From Bacillota bacterium (GTDB lineage: Bacteria > Bacillota > Dethiobacteria > DTU022 > UBA8154), in the NCBI GenBank assembly GCA_012728375.1, contig JAAYFF010000080.1:167-64166 (forward strand): DNA of 64,000 bases. Reading direction: 5' to 3'. Of this stretch, positions 40,261-50,096 are shown piece by piece. Position 1 is the first letter of the stretch, and each line of letters begins with the position of its first letter. The notes under the pieces were generated by a model that was given only the letters and a program-made list of their open reading frames with translations, was not told the DNA's origin and ran no database searches. The translations under genes and the position numbers were made by a program.

Positions 40261-41328
40261 ATGTTGGAGAAGCTGAAAAATCTGGAGGAATATTATAATC
40301 TTCTGGAAGAAAAGTTGAGCGATGCGGAGATTATAAAAAACCAGCAGGAATGGAAGAAATATACCCGGGAGCATGCCGCCCTTTCAGAGACGGTGGAGAC
40401 TTATCGCCGTTTAAAAAAAGTGGAAAACGACCTAAAGGAGGCCAAGGAGCTGCTCCAGGAAAAGCCTGAGGAAGAGATGGTTCTTTTCCTTAAGGAAGAA
40501 ATCGCTTCCCTTAGCAGGGAAAAGGAGAAGCTGGAGGAAGAACTAAAAGTGCTGTTGCTGCCCCGGGATCCTAACGATGATAAGGATGTGATTATTGAAA
40601 TCAGGGCTGGGGCCGGGGGAGAAGAGGCAGCCCTGTTTGCCGCGGATTTATTGAAGATGTATCTGCGCTTTTCGGAAAAAAAAGCGTGGCAAACGGAGGT
40701 TCTAAGCTCTCATCCTACTGATATTGGAGGTTTTAAGGAGATCATCTTTTCCATTCGGGGTCAGGGAGCATACAGCTTCCTGAAATATGAAAAGGGAGTC
40801 CACCGGGTGCAGAGAATTCCCGCCACAGAGTCCGGGGGCAGGATCCATACTTCGACGGCAACGGTGGCAGTCTTACCGGAGGCGGAAGAGGTGGAGCTGG
40901 AGATCAACCCGCAGGATCTGCGGATTGATACATTTTGTTCCACAGGCCCGGGAGGGCAGAGCGTTAATACGACGCAGTCTGCGGTCCGGATTACCCATCT
41001 TCCTACGAACACTGTGGTCACCTGCCAGGATGAGAAATCCCAGCTGAAAAACCGTGATAAAGCAATGAGGGTCTTGCGCGCCCGCCTGCTTGACAAAATG
41101 ATCGAAGAACAGCGTAGGGAACAGGCCCAGGAGCGTCGTAACCAGGTAGGAACAGGCGACCGCAGTGAAAGAATACGCACTTATAATTTTCCTCAAAACA
41201 GAGTTACAGATCATCGCATTGGCTTGACGCTGCACAAACTGGATCAGTTTCTTCAAGGTGATATAGAATCAACAATTGAAGCCTTAATCGCTTACGATCG
41301 GGCTGAGCAGCTTAAAAAGGCGAATTAA
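40261..41328 (+). CDS. prfA: Peptide chain release factor 1
   Basis: '[19 protein letters not shown]' GGQ motif. PxT tripeptide region. ATG 40261 preferred. Confidence 0.95.
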   Translation: MLEKLKNLEEYYNLLEEKLSDAEIIKNQQEWKKYTREHAALSETVETYRRLKKVENDLKEAKELLQEKPEEEMVLFLKEEIASLSREKEKLEEELKVLLLPRDPNDDKDVIIEIRAGAGGEEAALFAADLLKMYLRFSEKKAWQTEVLSSHPTDIGGFKEIIFSIRGQGAYSFLKYEKGVHRVQRIPATESGGRIHTSTATVAVLPEAEEVELEINPQDLRIDTFCSTGPGGQSVNTTQSAVRITHLPTNTVVTCQDEKSQLKNRDKAMRVLRARLLDKMIEEQRREQAQERRNQVGTGDRSERIRTYNFPQNRVTDHRIGLTLHKLDQFLQGDIESTIEALIAYDRAEQLKKAN

Positions 41329-41348
41329 GCATAAGAAGGTTTCGAAGC

Positions 41349-42242
41349 ATGTTCTTATCTATTACAGAGGCCTTGAAAAAGGCCGTTTCTTTTTTGAAAT
41401 CCAGAGGAGTGGCTTCGGCGCGCCTTGATGCGGAGCTTCTCCTTTCGTTTGTTATGCAAAAAGAACGCCTTTATTTTTACAGCCATGGAGAAGAACTCCT
41501 TTCCCGCGAAATTTGGGAAAATTACCTGGCGCTGATCAAGCGCCGCGGGGCAAGGGAACCGCTGGCATATCTGACCGGGGAAAAAGAATTTATGGGAATT
41601 TCTTTTGCTATTGAAAAAGGAGTTCTTATTCCCCGCCCTGAAACGGAACATCTGGTAGAAAAGGTTATTTCTTGGGTTAAAGAAAACAAACTAAAAGAAA
41701 AACTACAAATTCTCGACCTGGGGACGGGTTGCGGGAATATCGTCCTCTCTCTTCTTGTTTTTCTTCCTTCAGCCCTGGCTACGGGAATCGATCTTGCGGA
41801 AAAGGCCGTTGAGTTAACGCGGCGCAATGCGATTCGCCTTGGTGTGGAGAGCCGGCTGGAACTCCGCTGCGGCAGGTACTGGAAAGATCTGGAGGGGACA
41901 GACCGGCGCTTTCATATTGTTGTCTCCAATCCCCCTTATATTCCTACTTCCTTTCTCCCCTCCCTTCCTGAGGAAGTTCGTCGGGAACCCCGCCAGGCCC
42001 TCGATGGCGGGTATGACGGCCTCAATTCCTATCGGGAAATTTTTCGCCGCATTTCTGCATACCTCCGTTTTCCGGGGTTGCTCGCCCTGGAAGTAGGCGC
42101 GGGTCAGGCGGAAGACGTCTGCAAAATGGCAGAACTAATACCCAATTTTTTTAAAAAGCCAAAAATATGCAAGGATTACGCAGGAATCGATCGCCTTGTT
42201 CTTTTTGAGCGGCAGGTTCCTTCCCCTTTTACCCCCTCATAA
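41349..42242 (+). CDS. prmC: Release factor glutamine N5-methyltransferase PrmC (HemK)
   Basis: 'VVSNPPYIP' NPPY motif. SAM-binding 'LDLGTGCG'. Confidence 0.9.
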   Translation: MFLSITEALKKAVSFLKSRGVASARLDAELLLSFVMQKERLYFYSHGEELLSREIWENYLALIKRRGAREPLAYLTGEKEFMGISFAIEKGVLIPRPETEHLVEKVISWVKENKLKEKLQILDLGTGCGNIVLSLLVFLPSALATGIDLAEKAVELTRRNAIRLGVESRLELRCGRYWKDLEGTDRRFHIVVSNPPYIPTSFLPSLPEEVRREPRQALDGGYDGLNSYREIFRRISAYLRFPGLLALEVGAGQAEDVCKMAELIPNFFKKPKICKDYAGIDRLVLFERQVPSPFTPS

Positions 42243-42354
42243 TTCCTTTCCTGTATATGAAAATTATTCCCCCATTGATGTCTAAAAAATGGTAAAAACG
42301 CACATACTATAGTCAAAGGCTGAAGAACAAAACGTTAAAGCCGGGGGGAATAAA

Positions 42355-43152
42355 ATGTACAGCTATAAGAAAGTTGAAATAAGCGGGGTAAATACATTTT
42401 TCCTACCCACCCTTTCCTGGGAACGCATGCATAAGCTTTTTGAGCAATTGGCTGAAGGTGGTACTGAAGTAAGGGAAGAGTTGATTAAAGGGAACCTCAA
42501 ACTGGTTCTAAGCGTTTTAAAGCGATTTAAAAATCGGGGGGAAAATATGGATGACCTCTTCCAAATCGGCTGCATCGGTTTAATGAAAGCAGTTGATAAT
42601 TTTAAACTGGAACACAACGTCAATTTTTCAACTTATGCCGTCCCCATGATTTTGGGAGAAATCAAGCGCTACCTTAGGGATAACAACTATCTCCATATGA
42701 GCCGTTCCATCAAGGTTACAGCGCAAAAGGTGCAGGAAGTCCGTGAAAGTTTACTCCAGAAAAATCAGAAAGAACCGACTGTTAGTGAGTTGGCTGAAGT
42801 GCTCGGCATTAGCCCGGAGGAAATTATTCTGGCGTGTAATGCCAATCTGGAACCCCTTTCTTTTTTTGAACCGGTTTTTAATGACAGCAGCGATCCGGTT
42901 CAGGTTATGGATCTATTGAGTGACCAGGAGGAAGATCGGTGCTGGCTGGAAAATATCGCTTTAAAAGAAGCCCTGGAACAGTTAAGCTCGCGGGAGAGAT
43001 ATGTTATTATCGAGCGGTTTTTCCGCGGAAAAACCCAGTCGGAGGTAGCAAAAAAACTGGGTATTTCTCAAGCTCAGATTTCTAGGATCGAAAAAAATGC
43101 CCTCCGGCTTCTGCGCAATTTTTACAGGGAAGATATTGGCGCAGAAAAATAA
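42355..43152 (+). CDS. sigG: Sporulation sigma factor, SigG-like (forespore sigma F/G group)
   Basis: 'VEISGVNT...GNLKLVLSVLKRF.NRGE..DDLFQIGCIGLMKAVDNF...FSTYAVPMILGEIKRYLRDNN...RFFRGKTQSEVAKKLGISQAQISRIEK' aligns along its length with B. subtilis SigG. Confidence 0.8.
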   Translation: MYSYKKVEISGVNTFFLPTLSWERMHKLFEQLAEGGTEVREELIKGNLKLVLSVLKRFKNRGENMDDLFQIGCIGLMKAVDNFKLEHNVNFSTYAVPMILGEIKRYLRDNNYLHMSRSIKVTAQKVQEVRESLLQKNQKEPTVSELAEVLGISPEEIILACNANLEPLSFFEPVFNDSSDPVQVMDLLSDQEEDRCWLENIALKEALEQLSSRERYVIIERFFRGKTQSEVAKKLGISQAQISRIEKNALRLLRNFYREDIGAEK

Positions 43153-43190
43153 CTGCTGCCGTTGCAGTCCCTTATCCCAGTGTGAAATGA

Positions 43191-43922
43191 GTGATTGGGG
43201 TGCCTAGAAAATTAAGGATATTTTTTAATGATCAAGGCAAAAGCATCTGGAAAATCGTGCTGTTTATGGTGCTTTTAGTCTCGTTTTGCCTCATCCCCGA
43301 GGTTTTACCGGATCCGGAAAAAAGCCGGCCGGATAACGAAATCATTCGCTTTCATGTACTGGCCAACAGCAACAATCGGCATGATCAGGAAATTAAAAAC
43401 TTTCTGGCAGGCCGCTTGATAGAAATATTCGGACCTTTCTGGAAGCGGTGCCAAAGCAGCGAAGAACTGCACGCGTTGCTGAAAAAAGACAAAAGGTTGA
43501 TTGGAGAAACAGCCGGTATGATCCTTGCAGAAAACGGTTTTTCCGATCCGGTTACAGTAGAGTTTGGGAAAAGTCACTTTCCGGCACGTTTTTATGGTGA
43601 CCGCTTTTACCCGTCCGGCGAATATACTTCGTTAATTATTAAGATTGGGGCCGGGAAAGGAGAAAACTGGTGGTGCGTTCTTTTCCCTCCCCTTTGCTTT
43701 ACAGTTTTCCCACCCGCGGCTGATAAGGAAGATATTGGAGATATTAAGGAAAATAATTATAAGGAAAATAATGAAGAAGGGGTGATAAGTACGAAAATAG
43801 AAATAGATAAAGCAACTGAACAAGGTTCCCGGCTGGGAAACGATGAAGCTCCTTTGGAAAAGAGAAAAAGTAAATGGCGTTTCTGGATTGTTGATTTTAT
43901 CGCCGGGATTTTTCAGAAATAA
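43191..43922 (+). CDS. spoIIR: Stage II sporulation protein R (SpoIIR)
   Basis: GTG start. Signal peptide. 'IRFHVLANSN...DQEIK' and 'NWWCVLFPPLCF' signature. Acidic insert near the C-terminus. Confidence 0.8.
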   Translation: MIGVPRKLRIFFNDQGKSIWKIVLFMVLLVSFCLIPEVLPDPEKSRPDNEIIRFHVLANSNNRHDQEIKNFLAGRLIEIFGPFWKRCQSSEELHALLKKDKRLIGETAGMILAENGFSDPVTVEFGKSHFPARFYGDRFYPSGEYTSLIIKIGAGKGENWWCVLFPPLCFTVFPPAADKEDIGDIKENNYKENNEEGVISTKIEIDKATEQGSRLGNDEAPLEKRKSKWRFWIVDFIAGIFQK

Positions 43923-44161
43923 AAGTTCATTCCAGAGGGAGGGGTATGTGATCACATAACAAAGTTGATTTCTTTAAATCCGGCAGCCTGCGAACGCAAC
44001 AAACGGGGGCGGCATTGAATATTTTGTCTTAAGTATATTGCTCAGGATGTACCGGACTTATTTTTTTTTGCAAAAAGGAAAACACTTCGCCCTAGCGAAA
44101 TAACATAAGGTGAAGAATTTGAGGCAATATTACCATCATGCTGACCGGGAAGGTGTAGCCG

Positions 44162-44626
44162 TTGGTTGAACGAAAACTATCCGAGATGGAAAACCAGTTT
44201 AAGGAACATCGCCTGACGCCGCAGCGAAAACTTGTTTTGGAAATTTTTCTGGAAAACAAAGAGCGGCACCTCAGTGCGGAAGAAGTATACAGGCTTAGCA
44301 GGGAAAAGGGAGAAGACATAGGGCTGGCGACCATTTACAGAACGCTGGAGCTGCTGGAGGAGCTGGCGCTTTTACACAAGATGAATTTTGGAGACGGGAG
44401 AAGTCGTTATGAGCTCACCCCGCCCAATATGGAGCAAGATCATCATCACCACCACCATCTCGTTTGTCTAAACTGTGCTGAAATTCTTGAGGTGGAAGAC
44501 GATCTCCTTTATCAGTTGGAAAATGTAGTGGAAAATAAATACCATTTTAGAATTGTTGACCATAATTTACAATTTTTTGGGTACTGTTCAAAATGTCGGG
44601 AAGATGATTCCCGCAAGGAACCATAA
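44162..44626 (+). CDS. Fur-family metalloregulator (Fur/Zur/PerR; subtype not resolved)
   Basis: 'LTPQRKLVLE' DNA-binding helix. 'HHHHHHLVCLNC...CSKC' metal sites. Start is TTG 44162 or ATG 44186. Confidence 0.8.
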   Translation: MVERKLSEMENQFKEHRLTPQRKLVLEIFLENKERHLSAEEVYRLSREKGEDIGLATIYRTLELLEELALLHKMNFGDGRSRYELTPPNMEQDHHHHHHLVCLNCAEILEVEDDLLYQLENVVENKYHFRIVDHNLQFFGYCSKCREDDSRKEP

Positions 44627-44935
44627 GCCGGAAAACGGATAAACTCTCTTTTTTGAGCATCATTCCGAGGTTCCGGCTTTTTGCTTTATTTATAACAACT
44701 GTCAAGAGGTTGCTTATTTTTTTAGATTAAAATGACTGAAAATTTTTGCTTGGAAAAACACGCATCTTTCCTTCAAGTCCACCTGAAATGGTGCTATCCT
44801 ACTGTAAGATGCTTTAACGGCCATTTTCGGTACCCGGCCTGTAAAGGAAGGTTTTACGCGCCTTTTAAACGGCAATAATAAAAATGATTTAGGCATGCGG
44901 CTGCATTGGAGTACGGGAGATAATTATTAGCACCG

Positions 44936-44966
44936 CAGGTTAGGATGAGAGCTAATATGCTATAAT
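44936..44966 (+). promoter_or_regulatory. Candidate promoter with extended -10 (TGcTATAAT) for the tsaC-ywlE-rpiB operon
   Basis: TATAAT at 44960-65 with TG at -15/-14. Weak -35 TTAGGA at 15-nt spacing. Downstream ATATTAC direct repeat x2. Confidence 0.35.
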
Positions 44967-45034
44967 ATTACGGAAATATTACAGACATCCGCCTGACAAT
45001 CCGGCCCTTGAATAAAAAAAAGGGGGAGGAGTGT

Positions 45035-46138
45035 ATGCAGTGGCCGCAAGTGAAAGGGACTCTCTTGTTGTCCCCGCATAATGATCAGCAGGAAGAAAAA
45101 GCACTTGTCCATGCCGCAAGGCTTCTCCGGGAGGGTAATTTGGTGGCCTTCCCTACGGAAACAGTTTATGGCCTGGGGGCGTCCGCCCTTAATCCGGTGG
45201 CAGTTGCCGGGATATTTAAAGCTAAGGGAAGGCCCGCGGATAATCCTTTAATTGTACATATTGCCGGAATCGAGCAGGCTTACGCCCTCGCCAGGGAAAT
45301 TCCCCCCGAAGCAAGCCTTTTAGCCCGCTATTTTTGGCCGGGGCCGCTGACAATGGTTCTTCCTAAACGGCAGATTGTTCCCGATATCACAACGGCAGGC
45401 CTCTCTTCGGTAGCGCTGCGGGTTCCCTCCCATCCGCTGGCTTTAAAACTTATTCGTGCAGCGGATATGCCCATCGCTGCTCCAAGCGCCAATATTTCAG
45501 GAAGTCCCAGCCCGACTACTGCTGCTCATGTCCTTGCCGATCTGGCCGGCCGCATTGCTGCAGTGCTGGACGGCGGGCCATGTTCTGTAGGGCTTGAATC
45601 AACGGTTATCAGCCTGCTTTCATCTCCTCCCGCCTTGCTTCGCCCCGGATGGGTGACCCAGGAAATGGTGGAGCGCGTTTTAAAGCGTCATATTCTCGAT
45701 CTTTCTAATCTGGGCAGCAGTGAAGGGTCCCAAGAGCCGCCCCCTTCTCCGGGGATGAAGTATAGGCATTATGCCCCGAAAGCCCCCCTTTTCCTGGTGG
45801 AGGGGGAAGGTGAGCCGCAGCGCCGGCAATTGCTGGCTTTAACGGAAGGGTTGGCCATGCAGGGGCGCAAGCTAGGTTTGCTTCTTTCCGAGGAATCAAA
45901 AAATTATTTTTCCGCTCCTGTCAAAGAAATTCTGGGATCCAGAAATGACCCCGCTACAGTCGCCAGGAGACTTTTTTATGCCCTGCGCAGGATGGATTAT
46001 CAGAAGGTAGAGGTGATTGTCGCGGAAGGATTTGAGGAGAAGGAGCTGGGAAAAGCAGTAATGAACCGCTTGAGAAAAGCTGCTGCAACAATTATAAGAC
46101 CTGACGGCAAAGGAGGTTTTTCATGGATAAGAGGGTAG
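45035..46138 (+). CDS. tsaC: L-threonylcarbamoyladenylate synthase (Sua5/YwlC long form)
   Basis: GGGGGAGGAG RBS then ATG 45035. 'GNLVAFPTETVYGLGA' YrdC motif. C-terminal Sua5 domain. Confidence 0.85.
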   Translation: MQWPQVKGTLLLSPHNDQQEEKALVHAARLLREGNLVAFPTETVYGLGASALNPVAVAGIFKAKGRPADNPLIVHIAGIEQAYALAREIPPEASLLARYFWPGPLTMVLPKRQIVPDITTAGLSSVALRVPSHPLALKLIRAADMPIAAPSANISGSPSPTTAAHVLADLAGRIAAVLDGGPCSVGLESTVISLLSSPPALLRPGWVTQEMVERVLKRHILDLSNLGSSEGSQEPPPSPGMKYRHYAPKAPLFLVEGEGEPQRRQLLALTEGLAMQGRKLGLLLSEESKNYFSAPVKEILGSRNDPATVARRLFYALRRMDYQKVEVIVAEGFEEKELGKAVMNRLRKAAATIIRPDGKGGFSWIRG

Positions 46139-46626
46139 TTCTTCTTTTTGTTTGTAGTGGAAATACCTGTCGCAGCGTAATGGCTGAAGGGCTTTTCACC
46201 AAGGTGTGGAGGGAGTCGGGAGAAAAGGAAGTAAACGCCGTAGCGTCTTCTGCAGGAATAGAAACGGTGGACGGTTTGGCTGCAAGCGCAGAAGCGCTGC
46301 AGGTCCTCCGGGACGAAGGTGTGGACCTGGCTTATCATCGTTCCAGAATGATAACCGGCTCCCTTGTGGAAGAGGCTGATTACATTTTTACCATGACCCG
46401 GAAGCAGAAGGAGATTCTGCTGGAAAGATTCCCCGAATCTAATGGAAAAGCCTGGTTGCTTTCTGACTTTGCCGGCCTCGCTAAAAAAAAGGATATTTCG
46501 GATCCCATTGGTCAGGGTCTGGAGCAGTATCGTCTAACGGCCAAAGAAATTGAGACGGCTATCCGGAACATGATTGCGAAATTGAAGCAAAAGCTTGCAA
46601 GGGAAAAAGCTGCTCAGGAAAATTAA
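46123..46626 (+). CDS. ywlE: Low-molecular-weight protein arginine/tyrosine phosphatase (YwlE-like)
   Basis: CX5R P-loop 'CSGNTCRS'. 'DP' acid motif 'ISDPIG'. Confidence 0.85.
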   Translation: MDKRVVLLFVCSGNTCRSVMAEGLFTKVWRESGEKEVNAVASSAGIETVDGLAASAEALQVLRDEGVDLAYHRSRMITGSLVEEADYIFTMTRKQKEILLERFPESNGKAWLLSDFAGLAKKKDISDPIGQGLEQYRLTAKEIETAIRNMIAKLKQKLAREKAAQEN

Positions 46627-46708
46627 TTCTCCTGCAGGAGATGGGGGAATTGAAGAGAATAATTGTGTATTGTTAAAAGCAAAACGTAAGAGTAAAGGAG
46701 AAAGGATA

Positions 46709-47155
46709 GTGCGCATTGCTCTTGCTTCGGATCATGCAGGGTTTGCCTTAAAAGAAAAAATTAAAACATACTTGGAGGAAAATGGGTATTCTTACCATGA
46801 TTTTGGCACCTTTAGCCAGGAGCCGGTTGATTATCCCGATTTGGCCTATCTGGCTGCCTCAGCTGTACAAAAAGGAGAATATGACCGGGGCATTCTTGTC
46901 TGCGGAACCGGGATCGGGGTTTGTATTGCCGCCAACAAACTGCGGGGGATCAGGGCGGCCCATTGTGGGGAATCCTATTCGGCACGTTGTTCAAGGGAAC
47001 ACAACGACGCCAATATTCTTACCCTTGGTTCCAGAGTAACGGGAGCCGGATTAGCGCTGGAGATTGTCCGGGTTTTTTTGGAAACTCCTTTTGAAGGTGG
47101 AAGGCACTCGTTAAGATTGGAAAAAATACAAAAATTGGAGGAAGCATTGAGTTAG
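46709..47155 (+). CDS. rpiB: Ribose-5-phosphate isomerase B
   Basis: GTG start after AAAGGAGAAAGG RBS. 'IALASDHAGFALK' and 'GILVCGTGIGVCIAANK'. Confidence 0.88.
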   Translation: MRIALASDHAGFALKEKIKTYLEENGYSYHDFGTFSQEPVDYPDLAYLAASAVQKGEYDRGILVCGTGIGVCIAANKLRGIRAAHCGESYSARCSREHNDANILTLGSRVTGAGLALEIVRVFLETPFEGGRHSLRLEKIQKLEEALS

Positions 47156-47253
47156 TTGCTGCCAGAACTAAAGTTTTCGGTAAGTTATATACAATATCTT
47201 AGGAGAATAATACTGAAAAGGGGGTGTAACCCGGCAAGAAACCGGGTTTGATA

Positions 47254-48510
47254 ATGCCCGTAGAAGAGAGCAGTAGCAGTTTAAAATCTTTTGATGCGCA
47301 AATTGCCGGAGCTATTGAAGAAGAACAGCGCCGCCAGCAGGAAAAGATTGTTCTCATTGCATCGGAAAATTATGCCAGTAAGGCTGTTCTGGAAGCTCAG
47401 GGTTCTGTTTTAACCAATAAATATGCGGAGGGATATCCCGGTAAAAGGTATTACGGGGGCTGTGAATATGTGGATATCGTGGAAGAGCTGGCGCGCAGCA
47501 GGGCTCTGGAACTCTTTGGAGCTGAACATGTGAATGTCCAACCCCATGCCGGCGCTATCGCCAATCTGGCAGTTTACCTCGCTGTTTTAAATCCTGGTGA
47601 TAATGTTCTGGGGATGGACCTCACCCACGGGGGGCATTTGACACACGGCAGCCGTGTCAACATCTCCGGAAAATATTTTAACTTTTATTCTTACGGGGTG
47701 GACGAGCGGACAGGGTACATCGATATGGATGAGGTAGAAAGAATTGCCCGGAAGAGCTCTCCCCGCCTAATTATTGCCGGGGCAAGCGCCTATTCCCGGG
47801 AGCTCGATTTTGCTGCTTTTGCGAAGATCGCAGAGCAGGTAGGGGCTTACCTAATGGTGGATATGGCCCATATTGCCGGCCTGGTTGCCGCGGGGGTGCA
47901 TCAGACACCTTTCCCCTATGCCCATTTTGTGACGACGACTACTCATAAAACCCTGCGCGGGCCAAGGGGAGGTATGATTTTTTGCCGGGAGGAGTTTGCT
48001 AAAAAGATCGACAAGGCTGTTTTCCCCGGCGTTCAGGGCGGACCCCTGATGCATGTTATTGCCGCCAAGGCAGTAGCTTTGAAGGAGGCGCAAACTCCTG
48101 AATTTATTGAGTATCAAAAACAGGTTGTCAAAAATGCCAAGGTTTTTTCTGAGGCCCTTAAAGAACTGGGCTTCAACCTGGTTTCTGGCGGTACGGACAA
48201 CCATCTTATTCTTGTTGATCTGAGGAGTAAAAAGATAACCGGGCGGGAGGCAGAAAAACTATTGGATGAAGTAGGGATTTCGGTAAATAAAAACGCTATT
48301 CCCAATGACCCGGAAAAACCCCTTGTTACCAGCGGCATCAGGCTGGGGACACCGGCAGTAACAACCCGGGGAATGAAAGAAGCTGAGATGGTAGCTTTGG
48401 CGGAACTCATTAACGAAACATTGGAAGGAGACCGGGATCCTGCTTCAATGGCACAGATAAAAGGAAAAGTAAGACAGCTGAGCAATAATTTTCCCATTTA
48501 TGGAGTATAA
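47254..48510 (+). CDS. glyA: Serine hydroxymethyltransferase
   Basis: 'LIASENYAS'. PLP-Lys '[14 protein letters not shown]'. A 7-bp palindromic hairpin AACCCGG...CCGGGTT lies just before the start. Confidence 0.95.
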   Translation: MPVEESSSSLKSFDAQIAGAIEEEQRRQQEKIVLIASENYASKAVLEAQGSVLTNKYAEGYPGKRYYGGCEYVDIVEELARSRALELFGAEHVNVQPHAGAIANLAVYLAVLNPGDNVLGMDLTHGGHLTHGSRVNISGKYFNFYSYGVDERTGYIDMDEVERIARKSSPRLIIAGASAYSRELDFAAFAKIAEQVGAYLMVDMAHIAGLVAAGVHQTPFPYAHFVTTTTHKTLRGPRGGMIFCREEFAKKIDKAVFPGVQGGPLMHVIAAKAVALKEAQTPEFIEYQKQVVKNAKVFSEALKELGFNLVSGGTDNHLILVDLRSKKITGREAEKLLDEVGISVNKNAIPNDPEKPLVTSGIRLGTPAVTTRGMKEAEMVALAELINETLEGDRDPASMAQIKGKVRQLSNNFPIYGV

Positions 48511-48514
48511 TAGA

Positions 48515-48955
48515 ATGAGACCTTCCTGGGATAGTTATTTTCTTGAAATTGCAGGAGTTATAGCCGGCCGCTCAACCTGCCTGCGCAGGAAAGTAGGCGC
48601 TGTTTTGGTTAAAGATAAGCGCATGTTGACCACCGGCTATAACGGTGCCCCTGCGGGGATGCGGCACTGCCTGGAAACCGGCTGTCTTCGTCAAATACAT
48701 AATATACCTTCGGGGGAACGTCATGAGCTCTGTCGCGGCCTCCATGCGGAGCAGAATGCCGTTATTCAGGGAGCAATCCATGGAGTGTCAATTAAAGGTG
48801 CAGACTTGTACTGCACTCACCACCCCTGCTCCATGTGCGCAAAGATGCTTGTCAACGCAGGAATTAAAAGAGTCGTTTTAAAGGAAAGTTATCCCGATCC
48901 CCTGGCAGAGGAGATCTTCCGGGAAGCCGGCATAAAGGTTGAAGCTGTAACTTAA
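48515..48955 (+). CDS. dCMP deaminase (ComEB-like cytidine/deoxycytidylate deaminase)
   Basis: Zn motifs 'HAEQNA' and 'PCSMCAKML'. 'WDSYFLEIA' N-terminus. Confidence 0.85.
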   Translation: MRPSWDSYFLEIAGVIAGRSTCLRRKVGAVLVKDKRMLTTGYNGAPAGMRHCLETGCLRQIHNIPSGERHELCRGLHAEQNAVIQGAIHGVSIKGADLYCTHHPCSMCAKMLVNAGIKRVVLKESYPDPLAEEIFREAGIKVEAVT

Positions 48956-49055
48956 AACTGCGATATTTAATTGGCTGGATGTTATTGTCGCAGCGAGTAA
49001 CTCTAGCGAGCAACTCTAAGAATATTGTGTGAATGTTTAAGCGGAGGATGTATTA

Positions 49056-50096
49056 GTGCGAAGGATCGACCAAGAGGAGGCCAAGTCTCTTCCTGCATGG
49101 AAAAAAGGGCTGGTTATTTCTCTGGCTTTCAGCATCGCTGCTGCACTATTTGTTTTTTTTGCCCATTTTGAGGAAGATACTCTGACAAATTTGCTGCAGC
49201 TACGGGCTGAATTTCTTTTGTTGGCGCTAATCGCGGTCTTCTTTTTAGGAATCATTGAGGGATTCCGTATCAAACTGCTGGCGGCCTCACTAGGGCATGG
49301 TCAAAGGATATCCCTGGCAGACGGGGTGCGGGTGTTTTTGGCTACATTTTTTTTTGCTGCCGTAACTCCTTTTGCTGCCGGGGAATGGCCTGCCCATATT
49401 GTTGCCTTGCACCGCAGCGGCCTTTCCCTTGGAGAAGCCTCCGCGGTGACTATTACACGCGCTTTTTTAACTAAGCTGATTTTTACGATGGCAGCTTTTA
49501 TTTTTTTGCTCTTTTACAGAGAGCAGTCGCTTCCTGCTTACTTATATAAAATTTTTCTCTACGCTATTTTCATCTCTTTTTTTATGAGCCTGATTTTCTT
49601 TTTTCTGTTGTGGCGGCCGGTTTACCTTGAATCGTTGTTGCATAAAATTGACAGCATATCCTGGCTGGCCTCTTTACTGGCCAAGAGCAACAGGGGGCAG
49701 AGGGCTGTTTTTTTTCTTAAAAACGAGGTTAAAAAATTTTCCTTTACAGCCGGCGGTTTAAACCGCCGGAAAGCGGGGATCTTGATTGTTATTATTTTCT
49801 TAACGATTATTTACTGGATATGCTTTTTTAGTATTGCCCCGATCCTGCTATTGGGCCTGAATACGACCGTTCCTTTTTTTAAGTCTTTTACCTGGCAGTT
49901 TGTTATCCAGATAGTACTGCCCTACATTCCCATACCCGGTGGAAGCGGTGTAGTGGAACTCAGTCTGGCCGGCCTTTTTAAATACTTTGTTCCCTCTTCC
50001 GTGCTGGGACTTTTTATTATTGCCTGGCGCTTTTTTACCTATTATATATTGCTTTTTTTTGGCGGGCTAGCTGCCCTGGGATACCTTAAGCTCTAA
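49056..50096 (+). CDS. Flippase-like (UPF0104 / lysylphosphatidylglycerol-synthase TM-domain family) membrane protein
   Basis: About 8 TM segments. Family call is from overall topology and a Gly/Pro-rich conserved loop; tentative. Confidence 0.4.
   Translation: MRRIDQEEAKSLPAWKKGLVISLAFSIAAALFVFFAHFEEDTLTNLLQLRAEFLLLALIAVFFLGIIEGFRIKLLAASLGHGQRISLADGVRVFLATFFFAAVTPFAAGEWPAHIVALHRSGLSLGEASAVTITRAFLTKLIFTMAAFIFLLFYREQSLPAYLYKIFLYAIFISFFMSLIFFFLLWRPVYLESLLHKIDSISWLASLLAKSNRGQRAVFFLKNEVKKFSFTAGGLNRRKAGILIVIIFLTIIYWICFFSIAPILLLGLNTTVPFFKSFTWQFVIQIVLPYIPIPGGSGVVELSLAGLFKYFVPSSVLGLFIIAWRFFTYYILLFFGGLAALGYLKL

Noticed and set aside
44440-44460. Six consecutive His codons
   Set aside because: They sit at the natural metal-site position of a Fur-family protein, just before the CxxC motif. 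This is not a His-tag, so there is no sign of vector contamination.
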